Assembly: GCA_036397455.1 (NCBI GenBank)
Contig: DASWIX010000079.1
Span: 7,572-71,571, forward strand
Reading direction: 5' to 3'
Source: Gemmatimonadales bacterium
GTDB taxonomy: Bacteria > Gemmatimonadota > Gemmatimonadetes > Gemmatimonadales > GWC2-71-9
Length of the DNA: 64,000 nucleotides
Shown here: in pieces, positions 27,565 through 37,927 of the stretch
Layout of the letters: every line of letters begins with the position of its first letter
Numbering within the stretch: position 1 is the stretch's first letter
The notes under the pieces: model-generated
The model's input: the letters and a program-made list of their open reading frames with translations, nothing else
What the model was told of the DNA's origin: nothing
Databases searched by the model: none
Made by a program: the position numbers and the translations under genes

Positions 27565-28322
27565 GGAAGCGACCGACCCAGAAAGGCGACCATCCGCCCG
27601 TCTCGACCGTTCGAGCGACGGTGGGAGTAGAAACGCGGGGCGTCATGCGCGGTGCACCACTCGCTGATCGTCACGTCTCTGACACCGCATTCCGCGGCCC
27701 GTCCCGCCAGCACGTCACGCAGATCGAGCTGGGACCGACCGGCGCGTTCGGCTCCTCCAACCGCGGCAACGACCTCGGGCCCTACTTCGTAGCACTCACC
27801 ACAAATGCTTACACCGCAATGCATTACGATGTCCTTCGCCGATCCGCAACCGAGGGCCGACAGCTCGGTGATTCCCTGTTCGAGGATTCCGGCGGCGATG
27901 CCGCGCCAGCCGGCATGCAGGAGCGCCATGGCGCCTGAGGGCGGATGCAACAGATACACCGGCACACAGTCGGCGACGGTGACGAGCATCAGGACGCCCG
28001 GTAACCGGGTGAGGTGGGCATCGACCCCCGGCTGAATCAGCCACCCGGCGGGCCCCTCGTCGTGGCGCGACACGACGGTATCGTGCTCCTGGAGACCGAG
28101 CACAAAACGGCGGAACCCAGGTCGGAACGACGCGAACAGGGCCTTCCACCGGGCAGTAATCGCCGCAACCGGCTCATCCGTTCCCAGCCCCAGGTTGAAC
28201 CCGCCATCACGCCCGGTGATGCCGGCGGTTACGCCGAACCGCTCACGCCACGACGAGAGGTGGTATCGGGGGGGATCTTCCGCGCAGGCTGTTTCGGTGA
28301 GGGGCGCGGCGACGGGGGTCAT
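27561..28322 (-). CDS. pgeF: YfiH/PgeF (polyphenol-oxidase-like, purine nucleoside phosphorylase) family protein
   Basis: TVADCVPV, HAGWRG, CYEVG, FYSHRR. Confidence 0.9.
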   Translation of the reverse strand: MTPVAAPLTETACAEDPPRYHLSSWRERFGVTAGITGRDGGFNLGLGTDEPVAAITARWKALFASFRPGFRRFVLGLQEHDTVVSRHDEGPAGWLIQPGVDAHLTRLPGVLMLVTVADCVPVYLLHPPSGAMALLHAGWRGIAAGILEQGITELSALGCGSAKDIVMHCGVSICGECYEVGPEVVAAVGGAERAGRSQLDLRDVLAGRAAECGVRDVTISEWCTAHDAPRFYSHRRSNGRDGRMVAFLGRSLP

Positions 28323-29614
28323 GGTGATTCGCGTTCACCCTTGCGTTCGATCTGCGCACCGAGATCGCGTAACCGTGCGTCGATTCGCTCGTACCCGCGG
28401 TCGATCTGGCGAATATTGTGGATGGTACTGACACCGGTGGCCGCGAGGGCGGCAAGCAGGATCGCCATGCCGGCCCGGATGTCCGGACTCTCCACGGTTC
28501 CGCCGGTCAGGGCACTCGGACCGGAGACCACCACGCGATGCGGGTCGCACAACACGGCGCGCGCCCCCAATCCGATCACCTTGTCCACGAAGAACAGGCG
28601 GGACTCGAACATCTTCTCGAAGATCATGACGATGCCGTCACATTGGGTGGCCACCACGATCGCGATCGATGTGAGGTCGGCCGGGAACGCCGGCCAGGGA
28701 CCGTCCTCGATTTTCGGGATGTACCCCCCGACGTCCGTACGGACGCGGCGCTCCTGTGACGACGCGATGTGAAGCCGATCGCCGTCGAGCGTCGGTCGAA
28801 CGCCAAGCCGGTCGAACGGGAGCAGGATCGGCTGCAGATCGGCGCCACGCACTCCTTCGATGGTGAGATCCCCGTCGGTCACGGCCGCCAGCCCGATGAA
28901 ACTCCCGACCTCGATATGATCCGGTCCGACCGTCATCTCCGCGCCGCGGAGGGCGTCCACGCCGTCGATCACGAGTCGATTGGTACCGATGCCCTCGATC
29001 CGCGCCCCCATGGCAAGGAGCCCTTGCGCGAGATCCTGTACGTGCGGTTCGCATGCCGCGTTCCGCAGCGTGGTGGCCCCCCTGGCTCTGACCGCCGCCA
29101 TCAGGGCGTTTTCGGTGGCGGTGACGCTCGGTTCGTCGAGGAAGATGTCAGCGCCTGTGAGTCCCGGTGTGGTGAGCCGGAACTGATCGCCAATATCGAC
29201 CGAGACGCCGAGCCGTTCGAACGCGAGGAAATGCGTGTCGAGGCGCCGCCGCCCGATGACGTCTCCGCCGGGGGGCGGCATGGTCACCTCGCCGAAGCGT
29301 GCCAGCAGCGGACCGGCCAACAGAATCGACGCGCGCAGACGCGCGCACAGGACCGGATCGAGCGCCCGTTGCGCCAGCCCCGCCGGGTCGATCCGCACCG
29401 TATTCGGACCGATCCACTCGGTCGTCGCGCCGAGCTCGGATACGATCTGGAGCAGGATGTCGACGTCGCGAATCCGCGGCACGTTGTGGAGCGTCGACGC
29501 GCCGTCCGCCATCAGGGTCGCCGCGATCATCGGCAGCGCGGCATTCTTGTTTCCCGCCGGCCGCACCGTCCCGCGCAGTGGGTGCCCGCCCTCAACCACG
29601 AAATACTCGGCCAT
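28319..29614 (-). CDS. murA: UDP-N-acetylglucosamine 1-carboxyvinyltransferase (Asp variant)
   Basis: GNKNAALP, RASILLAGPLL, PGGDVIGRR, DIRAG, IDRGYE. Confidence 0.97.
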   Translation of the reverse strand: MAEYFVVEGGHPLRGTVRPAGNKNAALPMIAATLMADGASTLHNVPRIRDVDILLQIVSELGATTEWIGPNTVRIDPAGLAQRALDPVLCARLRASILLAGPLLARFGEVTMPPPGGDVIGRRRLDTHFLAFERLGVSVDIGDQFRLTTPGLTGADIFLDEPSVTATENALMAAVRARGATTLRNAACEPHVQDLAQGLLAMGARIEGIGTNRLVIDGVDALRGAEMTVGPDHIEVGSFIGLAAVTDGDLTIEGVRGADLQPILLPFDRLGVRPTLDGDRLHIASSQERRVRTDVGGYIPKIEDGPWPAFPADLTSIAIVVATQCDGIVMIFEKMFESRLFFVDKVIGLGARAVLCDPHRVVVSGPSALTGGTVESPDIRAGMAILLAALAATGVSTIHNIRQIDRGYERIDARLRDLGAQIERKGERESP

Positions 29615-29733
29615 GGTGCGCGAACCATACGCGGCGCCGCGCCAACTGGTCAAGCGCGAGTTGACACTCCGCACGGGCCAGCGGAAGTTTCGGGCGGACG
29701 CGCGTCGATCGCGCACCAATGCGAGGAGGCGGG

Positions 29734-30183
29734 GTGACCGGATGGACCGCTGTCGTGACGGCTCTCTCAGCGGCGATCATGGCGCTGGGCGCGATCGTCG
29801 CGGCGATCAGCCTGGTCGTGGCGTTGCGGCGGTGGGACGAGGTCGGTCGCCGGTTGGGACGGGTGCTCGACTCGCTCGATCGTGACGCCCGGCCGGCGCT
29901 CGAGGCGGCGCGGCGAACGGCCGACGAGGCGAGCCGAGTGGCCACGATGGTGCGGGACGAGGTCGCGGCGGTTGCCGGCACGTCCAGGAAGGTGCGCCGG
30001 CGGATCGAGCGCACCGCCCGATCGTTCGAAGAGCGCTTCATCGAGCTGGAAACCCTGCTGGACGTGGTGCAGGGTGAGGTGGAGGACACCGCGCTCGACG
30101 TGGCGGCGGCCCTGCGCACGACGCGACGCGGATCGGGCATCCTGCGGACGATGAAACGAGCGTTCCTGCGACGTCGCACGTGA
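29734..30183 (+). CDS. DUF948-like membrane-anchored coiled-coil protein
   Basis: GAGGAGG RBS; N-terminal TM followed by a long helical region. Confidence 0.65.
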   Translation: MTGWTAVVTALSAAIMALGAIVAAISLVVALRRWDEVGRRLGRVLDSLDRDARPALEAARRTADEASRVATMVRDEVAAVAGTSRKVRRRIERTARSFEERFIELETLLDVVQGEVEDTALDVAAALRTTRRGSGILRTMKRAFLRRRT

Positions 30184-30193
30184 GACCGGCCGC

Positions 30194-31168
30194 GTGACCC
30201 CGCGGACGGTGGTCGTCACCGTCTTTCTCGCGGCTGTCGCGTTGGCCGTCTTCCCCACGGATGCGCACGCGTGGTCGCCGGGGACCCACATCTACCTGGC
30301 GGAGTCGATCCTCGCCAACCTGGCGCAACTCCCCGTCGTGGTCGCCGACCTGTTGCGGGCGTTCCCCCACGACTTCCTGTACGGCAACATCGCGGCGGAT
30401 ACGTCGATCGCCAAGAAGTACGCGCCGGTCGGGCGTCACTGCCACGCGTGGCACGTGGGACAGGAGATTCACGATCGGGCCGATTCGCCGGCGCTGCAGG
30501 CCTTTGGTCTCGGATACCTCTGCCACCTCGCGGCCGATTCCATCGCACACAATTTTTTCGTGCCGCGCCAGTTGGTGGTGACTTCGTCAACCATCGCGAT
30601 CGGCCATTCCTATTGGGAAAGCCGGTTCGAGACGCATCTCGGCGAGCACTACGCGCGCACCGCGATGGACGTGATTCGCATGGATCACACCCCCGCCGAC
30701 ACGCACCTCGATCGGATCCTGTCGCCGACCATCTTCTCGGTCCGGACGAGCCGGCGCCTGTTCCGCGGGATGGTAGGGCTCACCGAAACGCAGAGCTGGC
30801 AACGCGCGTTCCGGATGGTCGCCGAACGGAGCCGCTGGGATCTCAGTGACGATGCGGTCGAACGCCAGATGGCCGCTGCCTTTGACGTCACCATGGAGGT
30901 CTTGGGTGGTGGCGACACCGCGCGCGCCCGCAAGCTCGACCCCGCCGGCGAATCGTCGCTGAACCTCGCCAAACGGATGCGGCTCGACGTGATGCGGAAC
31001 CGGCTCCCGAACGACCTCGATCGGCTGGCCGACGTCGCGGACGAAGCGTTCGGCCTTCCGGACTACGAGCTGGCCTATTGGGAGGCCTCACCGTCGCAGC
31101 GTCCATGGCGGGACCGAAACGGGAGCGCGAACGGTGGGCCCCATCGGGAGGGAACGGAGCCGAACTAA
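30194..31168 (+). CDS. Zinc-dependent phospholipase C / S1-P1 nuclease-fold protein
   Basis: Signal peptide AHA|WSPGTH; GNIAAD; GYLCHLAADSIAHN; HSYWE. Confidence 0.85.
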   Translation: MTPRTVVVTVFLAAVALAVFPTDAHAWSPGTHIYLAESILANLAQLPVVVADLLRAFPHDFLYGNIAADTSIAKKYAPVGRHCHAWHVGQEIHDRADSPALQAFGLGYLCHLAADSIAHNFFVPRQLVVTSSTIAIGHSYWESRFETHLGEHYARTAMDVIRMDHTPADTHLDRILSPTIFSVRTSRRLFRGMVGLTETQSWQRAFRMVAERSRWDLSDDAVERQMAAAFDVTMEVLGGGDTARARKLDPAGESSLNLAKRMRLDVMRNRLPNDLDRLADVADEAFGLPDYELAYWEASPSQRPWRDRNGSANGGPHREGTEPN

Positions 31169-31173
31169 CCGGC

Positions 31174-33405
31174 CTACGCGCCCTCCCAATCACGTTCGAG
31201 TCCGGCGTAGGCGACCAGCAGGAGCTTGTGCCCCACCTCCACGTCGTCGAACTCGACGTCGACCTTCAGGTCACGTCCAGCCCCCGTCAGGCCCCGGATC
31301 GTGCCGGTACCAAATTTCCGATGACGGATCCGTTCCCCCTTGACGTAGCGCGGCGCGTCTTGCGACACATCCTCGTCGGCGGGCGGTTCGATGGCTACGG
31401 CCCCGGGCAGCGCGTCGGCCCACAGCGTCGCGCGGCGCGGTCGCCGGAACGCGTCGCCGCCGAACACACCGCTCGAGCGGCGCTCACGCACGATCCCGGG
31501 AGGCAGCGCCTCGAGAAAACGCGACGGCAAGCCGGGCATCAATTGCCCTCCACGCCGCCGCGCGCGAGCCCACCCCAGGTAGAGCCGATCGCGCGCCCGG
31601 GTCAGTGCCACATAGACCAGCCGCCGTTCCTCCTCCAGACCGTCGGCGGTCTCGAGGGCTCGGCGCAGCGGAAAGAGCCCGTCCTCGAGCCCGGACACGA
31701 CCACGATGGGCCACTCCAGGCCCTTCGCGGTGTGGACGGTCATCAGGGTCACCCCGTTCGGATCCCCACCCTCCTGCTCGGCCGACGTGGTCAGGGCCGC
31801 CGTGGCGAGGAATCGCTCGACCGGTGACGTCGGGTCGTCGGGATCGGCCTCCTCGGACCACTCCGCCGCGCCCGCGACCAACTCGCGCACGTTCTCGATC
31901 CGTTCCATCCCCTCCGGTCCCTCCGCGGCGAGGTACGACTCGTAGTCCAGCGTTTCGATCACGCGTTCGAGCAACGCGGCCGGGGTCGTGTCGCTGAGCC
32001 GTTCGCGGAAGCGGCCGAGCATGGCGGCAAAGTCGCCGAGCGCCTGCATGGCTCGCGGACGCAGATCGACGATCCGGTCGGCGATCGCCGCGGTCTCGAG
32101 CAGGGTCCGGTTCCATTGTCCCGCCGCGGTCTGCACCGCGCTGAGCGACGCGATGCCGAGACCGCGTCGCGGGACCTGGATCGCGCGGAGAAAGGCCTCG
32201 TTGTCGGCGGGGTTGACGATCAACCGCAGGTAGGCCAACAGATCACGCACTTCGCGGCGCGCATAGAAACTCACGGTCCCCACCAACTGGTAGGGCAACG
32301 CCGCGCGGCGGAATGCCTCCTCGAGGGCGCGCGACTGCGCGTTGGTGCGGAACAACACCGCCATGTCGCGATGCGCATAGTGGTCCGTGGCGGCGCGCTC
32401 GCGCAATTCGCGGGCGATCCACTCGGCTTCATCGCGCTCGTCGGCGGTGGCGACGACCTCCACCGGCGCACCACCGCGGCGCGACGTGAAGAGCGTCTTG
32501 CCGAGTCGGTCCGTGTTTTCGGCGATCACCGCGTTGGCGGCATCGAGAATGACCGGCGTCGACCGATAGTTCTCCTCCAGCCGGACCACGGTCGTGCCCG
32601 GGAAATCGTCCCGGAAATCGAGCATGTTGCGCACCTCGGCACCGCGCCATCCGTAGATCGACTGGTCATCGTCGCCGACGACACAAATCTGTCGGTGCAC
32701 CGCCGCGATCGACCGGACCAGGAGATACTGAGCGCGATTGGTATCCTGGAACTCGTCGACCAGCACCGAGGCAAACCGACGCTGATACACCTGCAGGCGC
32801 TCGGGATGCTCGCGGAACAACGTCAGCGGATGCAACAACAGGTCGTCGAAGTCCATCGCGTTGGCCGCGAGCAGGGCCCGCTCGAGATCGTAGTAGATCT
32901 CGGCGGCCACCCGATCGACGCGATCCTCGGCCGCGGCGGCCATCTCGTCCGGCGGCACCATGCGGTTCTTGGCATTGGAGATGATCGACCGCACCACACG
33001 AGGCGGGTACGCTTTGAGCGCGTGGCCCCGTTGTTCCAGCAGCCGCTTGATGAGCGCCAGCCGGTCGTCGTCGTCGTAGATCGTGAATTGCGACGTAAAG
33101 CCGAGGCGTGGTGCGTCGCGACGCAGCAGGCGGGCACACAGGGAATGGAACGTACCGATCCACAACCCCGCTGGATCCCGGCCGAGCACGGACGTCACCC
33201 GGCGGCGCATCTCCTGGGCGGCACGATTGGTGAAGGTGACCGCGAAGATCGCGGTGGGCGCAACCCCACGTTGGGCGACCAGGTGGGCCAGGCGGCTGGT
33301 GAGCACCCGCGTCTTGCCCGAGCCCGCGCCTGCCAGCACGAGCAACGGGCCGTCGGCGTGTTCCACGGCGGCGCGTTGCGCCGGATTGAGGGCGAGTGGG
33401 TCCAC
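31174..33405 (-). CDS. pcrA: UvrD/PcrA ATP-dependent DNA helicase
   Basis: AGAGSGKT, VDEFQDTN, GDDDQSIY, NYRS, EEERRLVYVALTRA, C-terminal Tudor-like RHRKFGTG. Confidence 0.95.
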   Translation of the reverse strand: MDPLALNPAQRAAVEHADGPLLVLAGAGSGKTRVLTSRLAHLVAQRGVAPTAIFAVTFTNRAAQEMRRRVTSVLGRDPAGLWIGTFHSLCARLLRRDAPRLGFTSQFTIYDDDDRLALIKRLLEQRGHALKAYPPRVVRSIISNAKNRMVPPDEMAAAAEDRVDRVAAEIYYDLERALLAANAMDFDDLLLHPLTLFREHPERLQVYQRRFASVLVDEFQDTNRAQYLLVRSIAAVHRQICVVGDDDQSIYGWRGAEVRNMLDFRDDFPGTTVVRLEENYRSTPVILDAANAVIAENTDRLGKTLFTSRRGGAPVEVVATADERDEAEWIARELRERAATDHYAHRDMAVLFRTNAQSRALEEAFRRAALPYQLVGTVSFYARREVRDLLAYLRLIVNPADNEAFLRAIQVPRRGLGIASLSAVQTAAGQWNRTLLETAAIADRIVDLRPRAMQALGDFAAMLGRFRERLSDTTPAALLERVIETLDYESYLAAEGPEGMERIENVRELVAGAAEWSEEADPDDPTSPVERFLATAALTTSAEQEGGDPNGVTLMTVHTAKGLEWPIVVVSGLEDGLFPLRRALETADGLEEERRLVYVALTRARDRLYLGWARARRRGGQLMPGLPSRFLEALPPGIVRERRSSGVFGGDAFRRPRRATLWADALPGAVAIEPPADEDVSQDAPRYVKGERIRHRKFGTGTIRGLTGAGRDLKVDVEFDDVEVGHKLLLVAYAGLERDWEGA

Positions 33406-33407
33406 CG

Positions 33408-34568
33408 CTAGCCGATCGGCAGGCGCGCCACGAACTCGGCGCCGCGTTCGGGCGAGCCGAGCGACAGGCTACCCTCGTGTACGTCTTCCACGATGCGGCG
33501 CGCCAGTGGGAGACCGATACCCCAACCGCCTTGCTTGCTCGTCACGCCGGGCTCGAACACGCGACTGCGCATGTCCGGTTGCACCCCCGGGCCGTCATCA
33601 CGCACCCGGACCGTGGCGTGCCGGTCATCCTGTGACACGGTGACGTCGATGGTTCCGCCTCGTCCACTCAGCGCATCGATGGCGTTGCGGACCAGGGCTT
33701 CCAGCGCCCACTCCAGCAACACCGGATCGCCCAGCACGTCGGGCCCCGATTCGGGGGCGTGAACCGTAATGGCGACCCGGTTGGCGTGTTTGGGCAGTCG
33801 CGGTGCGAAATAGGTCGCCACGCGTTCCGCGATGGTGCCGAGGCCGACCCGGTCCCGGCGTGCCGGCCGGCCGATCCGCTCGAACCGTTGGGCGACCCGA
33901 TGCAGGCGCTCGAGATCCGCCCGCAGGTACGTCGCGATCTCGGTCATGGCAGGACCCTCACCCACCAGCCGATCGACCCACGCGTTGGCGCTCATCAGCG
34001 GGGTGCCCAACTGGTGGGCCGACTCGCGCGCCATGGCCACCCACAAGCGGTCCCGATCGCGATGGATCGCCACGCGATAGGCCCACACGCCGGCCGCCAT
34101 TGCGCTGAGCAGCAGGGCAAACTGGAGCACCGCGAGCAGACGCAGGCGCCGCGCGACCGGCAGCGCCCCGAAATGCACTCGACCGATGTGCTCGATCGTG
34201 ATGGGCGGATTGATTTCGTCGAGGACGCGGACATACTCGCGGGTCCGCGCATCGTCGGGCCGGGTCTCGAACGGGAGGTTCTGCGCGGCCGTCACGCGTC
34301 CGGCGCTGTCGGTCACGACCACCGGTAACCCGGTGGCACGAATCTCCGACACGAGCTGAAACAACACCTCGGTCTCCGCCCCGGGCGTCGTGTCGTTGAG
34401 CGCCGCGATGACCCGCCCGAAGATGTTGGAGGACTCCCGCGCCTCCGCGCGCAGGTGACGGGACACGTTCCACGCCTGCCACAAGGAGACGGCGCTGAGC
34501 AGGATCACCAGACCAAGCACCACCTCGGGCCCGAGCCGGGTCAGCACGCGAAGCGGCTTACGCGTCAC
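33408..34568 (-). CDS. Membrane sensor histidine kinase (no response regulator in the window)
   Basis: 2 TM segments; ESAHQLGTPL, VRNAIDA, DDGPG, GWGIGL. Confidence 0.92.
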   Translation of the reverse strand: MTRKPLRVLTRLGPEVVLGLVILLSAVSLWQAWNVSRHLRAEARESSNIFGRVIAALNDTTPGAETEVLFQLVSEIRATGLPVVVTDSAGRVTAAQNLPFETRPDDARTREYVRVLDEINPPITIEHIGRVHFGALPVARRLRLLAVLQFALLLSAMAAGVWAYRVAIHRDRDRLWVAMARESAHQLGTPLMSANAWVDRLVGEGPAMTEIATYLRADLERLHRVAQRFERIGRPARRDRVGLGTIAERVATYFAPRLPKHANRVAITVHAPESGPDVLGDPVLLEWALEALVRNAIDALSGRGGTIDVTVSQDDRHATVRVRDDGPGVQPDMRSRVFEPGVTSKQGGWGIGLPLARRIVEDVHEGSLSLGSPERGAEFVARLPIG

Positions 34569-35838
34569 CGCGGGTCAGCCGATCGGTCCCGACGTAGGGG
34601 ACCAGCGCCGCCGGGATCCGGATCGACCCGTCTTCCTGCTGGTGGTTTTCCATCAGCGCAATGATCGTGCGTGGCAACGCCACCCCCGATGCATTCAAGG
34701 TGTGCACGAACGATGGCTTCGCGTCGGGGGTCGACCGGTACCGAATGTTCGCACGGCGTGCCTGAAAATCGGTGAAGGTGCTGGCACTCGACACTTCGAG
34801 CCACATCGCCACGCCGGGGGCCCAGACTTCGAGGTCGTAGGTCTGCGCGCTCGCGAAGCCGAGGTCACCCGTTGCCAGGGCGACGACGCGGTACGGCACC
34901 TCGAGCCGCTGGAGCACGGTCTCGGCGTGACCGAGCAGGCGTTCGAGCTCCGCCGGCGAATCCTCCGGTCGGACGAACCGCACGAGCTCGACTTTGTCAA
35001 ATTGATGCACGCGGATCAAACCACGCGTGTCCTTGCCGTGCGCTCCCGCCTCACGGCGAAAGCAGGGCGTGTACGCCACGTAGGCGATCGGGAGATCCGC
35101 GTCGCGCAGGACGTCGTCTCGGTGGATATTCGTCAGCGGCACTTCGGCCGTCGGGATCAGGTAGAACCCGTCGGTCGTGACGTACATCTCGCTTTGGTGG
35201 TCGGGCAGTTGCCCGGTCCCACGCGCGGAATCCGCGTTGACCAGGTAGGGCGGCGCGATCTCGGTATAGCCGTGTTCGGCCGTGTGCAGATCGAGCATGA
35301 ACCCCGTGAGCGCCCGCACCAACCTGGCGCCCTGGCCGGCGAACAGCGGGAAGCCGCTCCCGGTGAGTTTGGCACCGGTGGGCAAATCGAGGATGCCGAG
35401 CGCCGTGCCGAGGTCCCAATGCGTCTGCGCCGCGAAGGGCAGCGTCCCGGCCTCGCCCCACGTCCGGACGACCTGATTGGCGGATGCATCACCGCGCAGC
35501 ACGTGGGGAAGCGGCGGGTTGGGGACGCGAAGAAGGGCGCCCTCGAGTTCGGCGTCGACCGCGCGCATCGCTTCATCGAGCGACTTGATGCGCGCGCTGA
35601 GCACCTTCAGTTCCTCCAGCAGATCACTGGCGTCCGTCCCCGCCTGCTTTCTGCCGGCCACCTCCGATGATTTCGTGTTGCGTTCTGCCTTCAGGTGCTC
35701 GACCGTCCTGAGCAGTTCCCGCCGGCTCGCATCCACCGCCAGCATGCGATCCACCGAGCCGACGAGGTCGGGATGACGACGAGCGAGTGCCGCCCGCATC
35801 GCCTCGGGCGCGTCACGCAGAAGTCGAATGTCGATCAC
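34558..35838 (-). CDS. serS: Serine--tRNA ligase
   Basis: LIPTAEVP, FRREAG, RVHQFDKVE, HTLNASG. Confidence 0.98.
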   Translation of the reverse strand: MIDIRLLRDAPEAMRAALARRHPDLVGSVDRMLAVDASRRELLRTVEHLKAERNTKSSEVAGRKQAGTDASDLLEELKVLSARIKSLDEAMRAVDAELEGALLRVPNPPLPHVLRGDASANQVVRTWGEAGTLPFAAQTHWDLGTALGILDLPTGAKLTGSGFPLFAGQGARLVRALTGFMLDLHTAEHGYTEIAPPYLVNADSARGTGQLPDHQSEMYVTTDGFYLIPTAEVPLTNIHRDDVLRDADLPIAYVAYTPCFRREAGAHGKDTRGLIRVHQFDKVELVRFVRPEDSPAELERLLGHAETVLQRLEVPYRVVALATGDLGFASAQTYDLEVWAPGVAMWLEVSSASTFTDFQARRANIRYRSTPDAKPSFVHTLNASGVALPRTIIALMENHQQEDGSIRIPAALVPYVGTDRLTRGDA

Positions 35839-35842
35839 GGTG

Positions 35843-36412
35843 TCAGGAAGATGGCAGTCCGGGCTCGAGTCCGCGATAGCCGCAATTGATGTCGACCAGT
35901 TTCTCGATCGTCAGCGCCCGAAGCAGTGGGTCGATCCCCAGGACGCGGAACTTGCCGTACAGCGGTAGCGTGCCAAGCAACGAGCAGGAGATCCCACGCG
36001 AGCGCGCCACGAAGACGGTGCCTTGCGTCACCACGACCACACTGTCGACCACGTAGCCGTCCAGCGGCGCCGACGTGACGCCCTCGAAAGAGTCGTCCAC
36101 CACCAGGATGCCCGCCCCGGTGACGACGCCGAGGATATCGGCCGACAGCAACACGGCGCGACCGCTATCCTCGATATCGAACGCGAAATCAAACGGCTCG
36201 GCCCGATCGGTACGTGCCGGCTGGTCCCGCGACATATCGAATCCGCTGGGGAGCGCGATGTCGGTGCCGCGCAGCGCATAGATCACCGTCGTATCGGTCG
36301 TGTTGTCGAACCGCGCGGGACTCAAGGCAAGCGGATTGTCGCAGGCGCCGGCCGCGACCGCGATCGCGGCAAGAATGCCAAGTGGGCGACCGGAAGGGAA
36401 AGGAATGTCCAT
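35843..36412 (-). CDS. Hypothetical lipoprotein
   Basis: AVAAGAC lipobox; beta-rich; NCGYRGL C-terminus. Confidence 0.7.
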   Translation of the reverse strand: MDIPFPSGRPLGILAAIAVAAGACDNPLALSPARFDNTTDTTVIYALRGTDIALPSGFDMSRDQPARTDRAEPFDFAFDIEDSGRAVLLSADILGVVTGAGILVVDDSFEGVTSAPLDGYVVDSVVVVTQGTVFVARSRGISCSLLGTLPLYGKFRVLGIDPLLRALTIEKLVDINCGYRGLEPGLPSS

Positions 36413-36467
36413 AGAAGTGGGAGAAGCTTAGCGGCGCTCTAAAATGCGGTCAACCTCCTGATTTGTC

Positions 36468-36496
36468 TTGACTTCGGTCACAGTGACCGATAGCAT
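36468..36496 (+). promoter_or_regulatory. Leaderless promoter whose 17-bp spacer is a perfect palindrome
   Basis: TTGACT-TCGGTCACAGTGACCGA-TAGCAT, ending 6 nt before ATG 36503. Confidence 0.75.
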
Positions 36497-36502
36497 TGGC
36501 GC

Positions 36503-36856
36503 ATGCCGACCATCCACGATGTGGTCCTCGCCCTGAGCGACCGTCCGGGGGTCGACGCGGTCATTCTGTTGGGCCGCGACGGGCTGCCCATCGACGCGCA
36601 GGCGGGCAACGGACTGGATCCGGACGGCCTCGCGGCGCTGATTCCCTCGGTGGTCGCCGCGTGCAATCGGCTCGGCACCGCCGCGGGCCGGGGAGACTTC
36701 GGTACCGGCGTGGTCGAGTTCGCCGCCGGCATGCTGCTCGTCTCCGCCATTACCCCGGAGACCTTGCTCGCGATCCTCGTCGCCGCGGACTCGAACGCCG
36801 GGGTGTTGTTGTACGAGATCCAGCGTCATCGGTCGGCCATTGCCGAACTGCTGTGA
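36503..36856 (+). CDS. Roadblock/LC7 (MglB-like) domain protein
   Basis: GVDAVILLGRDGLPI…NAGVLLYEI. Confidence 0.88.
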   Translation: MPTIHDVVLALSDRPGVDAVILLGRDGLPIDAQAGNGLDPDGLAALIPSVVAACNRLGTAAGRGDFGTGVVEFAAGMLLVSAITPETLLAILVAADSNAGVLLYEIQRHRSAIAELL

Positions 36857-36880
36857 CGTTCCTGCCATCGGCGTAGTCCG

Positions 36881-37915
36881 ATGAGCAGGTGGGCGGCGGT
36901 GCTGGCGGGTGGCACCGGTACGCGTTTCTGGCCGCTGTCCTCCGCCACCCGTCCCAAACAGTATCTCTCGCTGGCGACCGACGAACCGTTGCTGGTCGAT
37001 GCCGTCCGCCGGCTCGACGGCCTGATCCCCCCTGAGCATATCCTGGTCATCACGTCGGCGGCCTATGCCGAAACGACGCGCGCGCTCCTGTCGAACATCC
37101 CGGCGGCGAACGTGTTGGGCGAGCCGCAACCGGCCTCGACGGCCCCCGCGCTGGCATGGGCAACCGAGGTCGTGCGACAGCGTGATCCCGATGGTGCCGT
37201 GCTGTCGCTCCATGCCGATTGGTGGGTCGGGGACGACGAGCTGTTTCGACAAACCGGCGCCAAGGCGCTCGAGGTCGCGCGCACCTACGACGCGCTGGTC
37301 ACGGTCGGGATCGTCCCAAGCCGGCCGGACATCGGATTCGGGTACATCGAACCGGGCGACGTGTTGGAGGAGGGTGTCCAGGTCGTCAACCGCTTCACCG
37401 AAAAACCCAACGCGGTGCGCGCGGCGCAGTTGGTCCAGCAGGGCGCCCTGTGGAACAGCGGGTTGTTCGCGTGGACCGCACGTCGCTTCAGGCTCGAGAC
37501 CGAGCACCATGCACCCGAGATCGCGCCCCACCTCCCGTTGCTGGAAGCGGGCGACGTCGTAGGGTATTTCAACGCCATCACGCCGATCGCCATCGACTTC
37601 TCGCATTTCGAACGGAGCGAGCGGGTGGTGGTCGTCCCGGGTCGGTTTCCCTGGGACGACGTCGGCACCTGGGCGGCCCTGGCTCGCGTTCGCGGCACCG
37701 ATACGGCGCGCAACGTGGTGGCGGGGGCGGCCTTCGTTCACGAGTCGGTCGACTCGGTGGTGTGGGCCGACGACGGCGCGATCGTGCTGGACGGCGTGAA
37801 CGGGTTGGTTGTGGTGCGCGCCAACGGGCGCGTCCTGGTGACGACTCGCGAGCGGGCGGTGAACCTCAAGCGCCTGCTCGACGCCCTCCCCGACGAACTG
37901 CGGCAACTCGAGTAG
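36881..37915 (+). CDS. manC: Mannose-1-phosphate guanylyltransferase
   Basis: LAGGTGTRFWPLS…PKQY, FGYIE, FTEKP, WNSG, WDDVGTW. Confidence 0.92.
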   Translation: MSRWAAVLAGGTGTRFWPLSSATRPKQYLSLATDEPLLVDAVRRLDGLIPPEHILVITSAAYAETTRALLSNIPAANVLGEPQPASTAPALAWATEVVRQRDPDGAVLSLHADWWVGDDELFRQTGAKALEVARTYDALVTVGIVPSRPDIGFGYIEPGDVLEEGVQVVNRFTEKPNAVRAAQLVQQGALWNSGLFAWTARRFRLETEHHAPEIAPHLPLLEAGDVVGYFNAITPIAIDFSHFERSERVVVVPGRFPWDDVGTWAALARVRGTDTARNVVAGAAFVHESVDSVVWADDGAIVLDGVNGLVVVRANGRVLVTTRERAVNLKRLLDALPDELRQLE

Positions 37916-37927
37916 TGGCCGGCGCCT

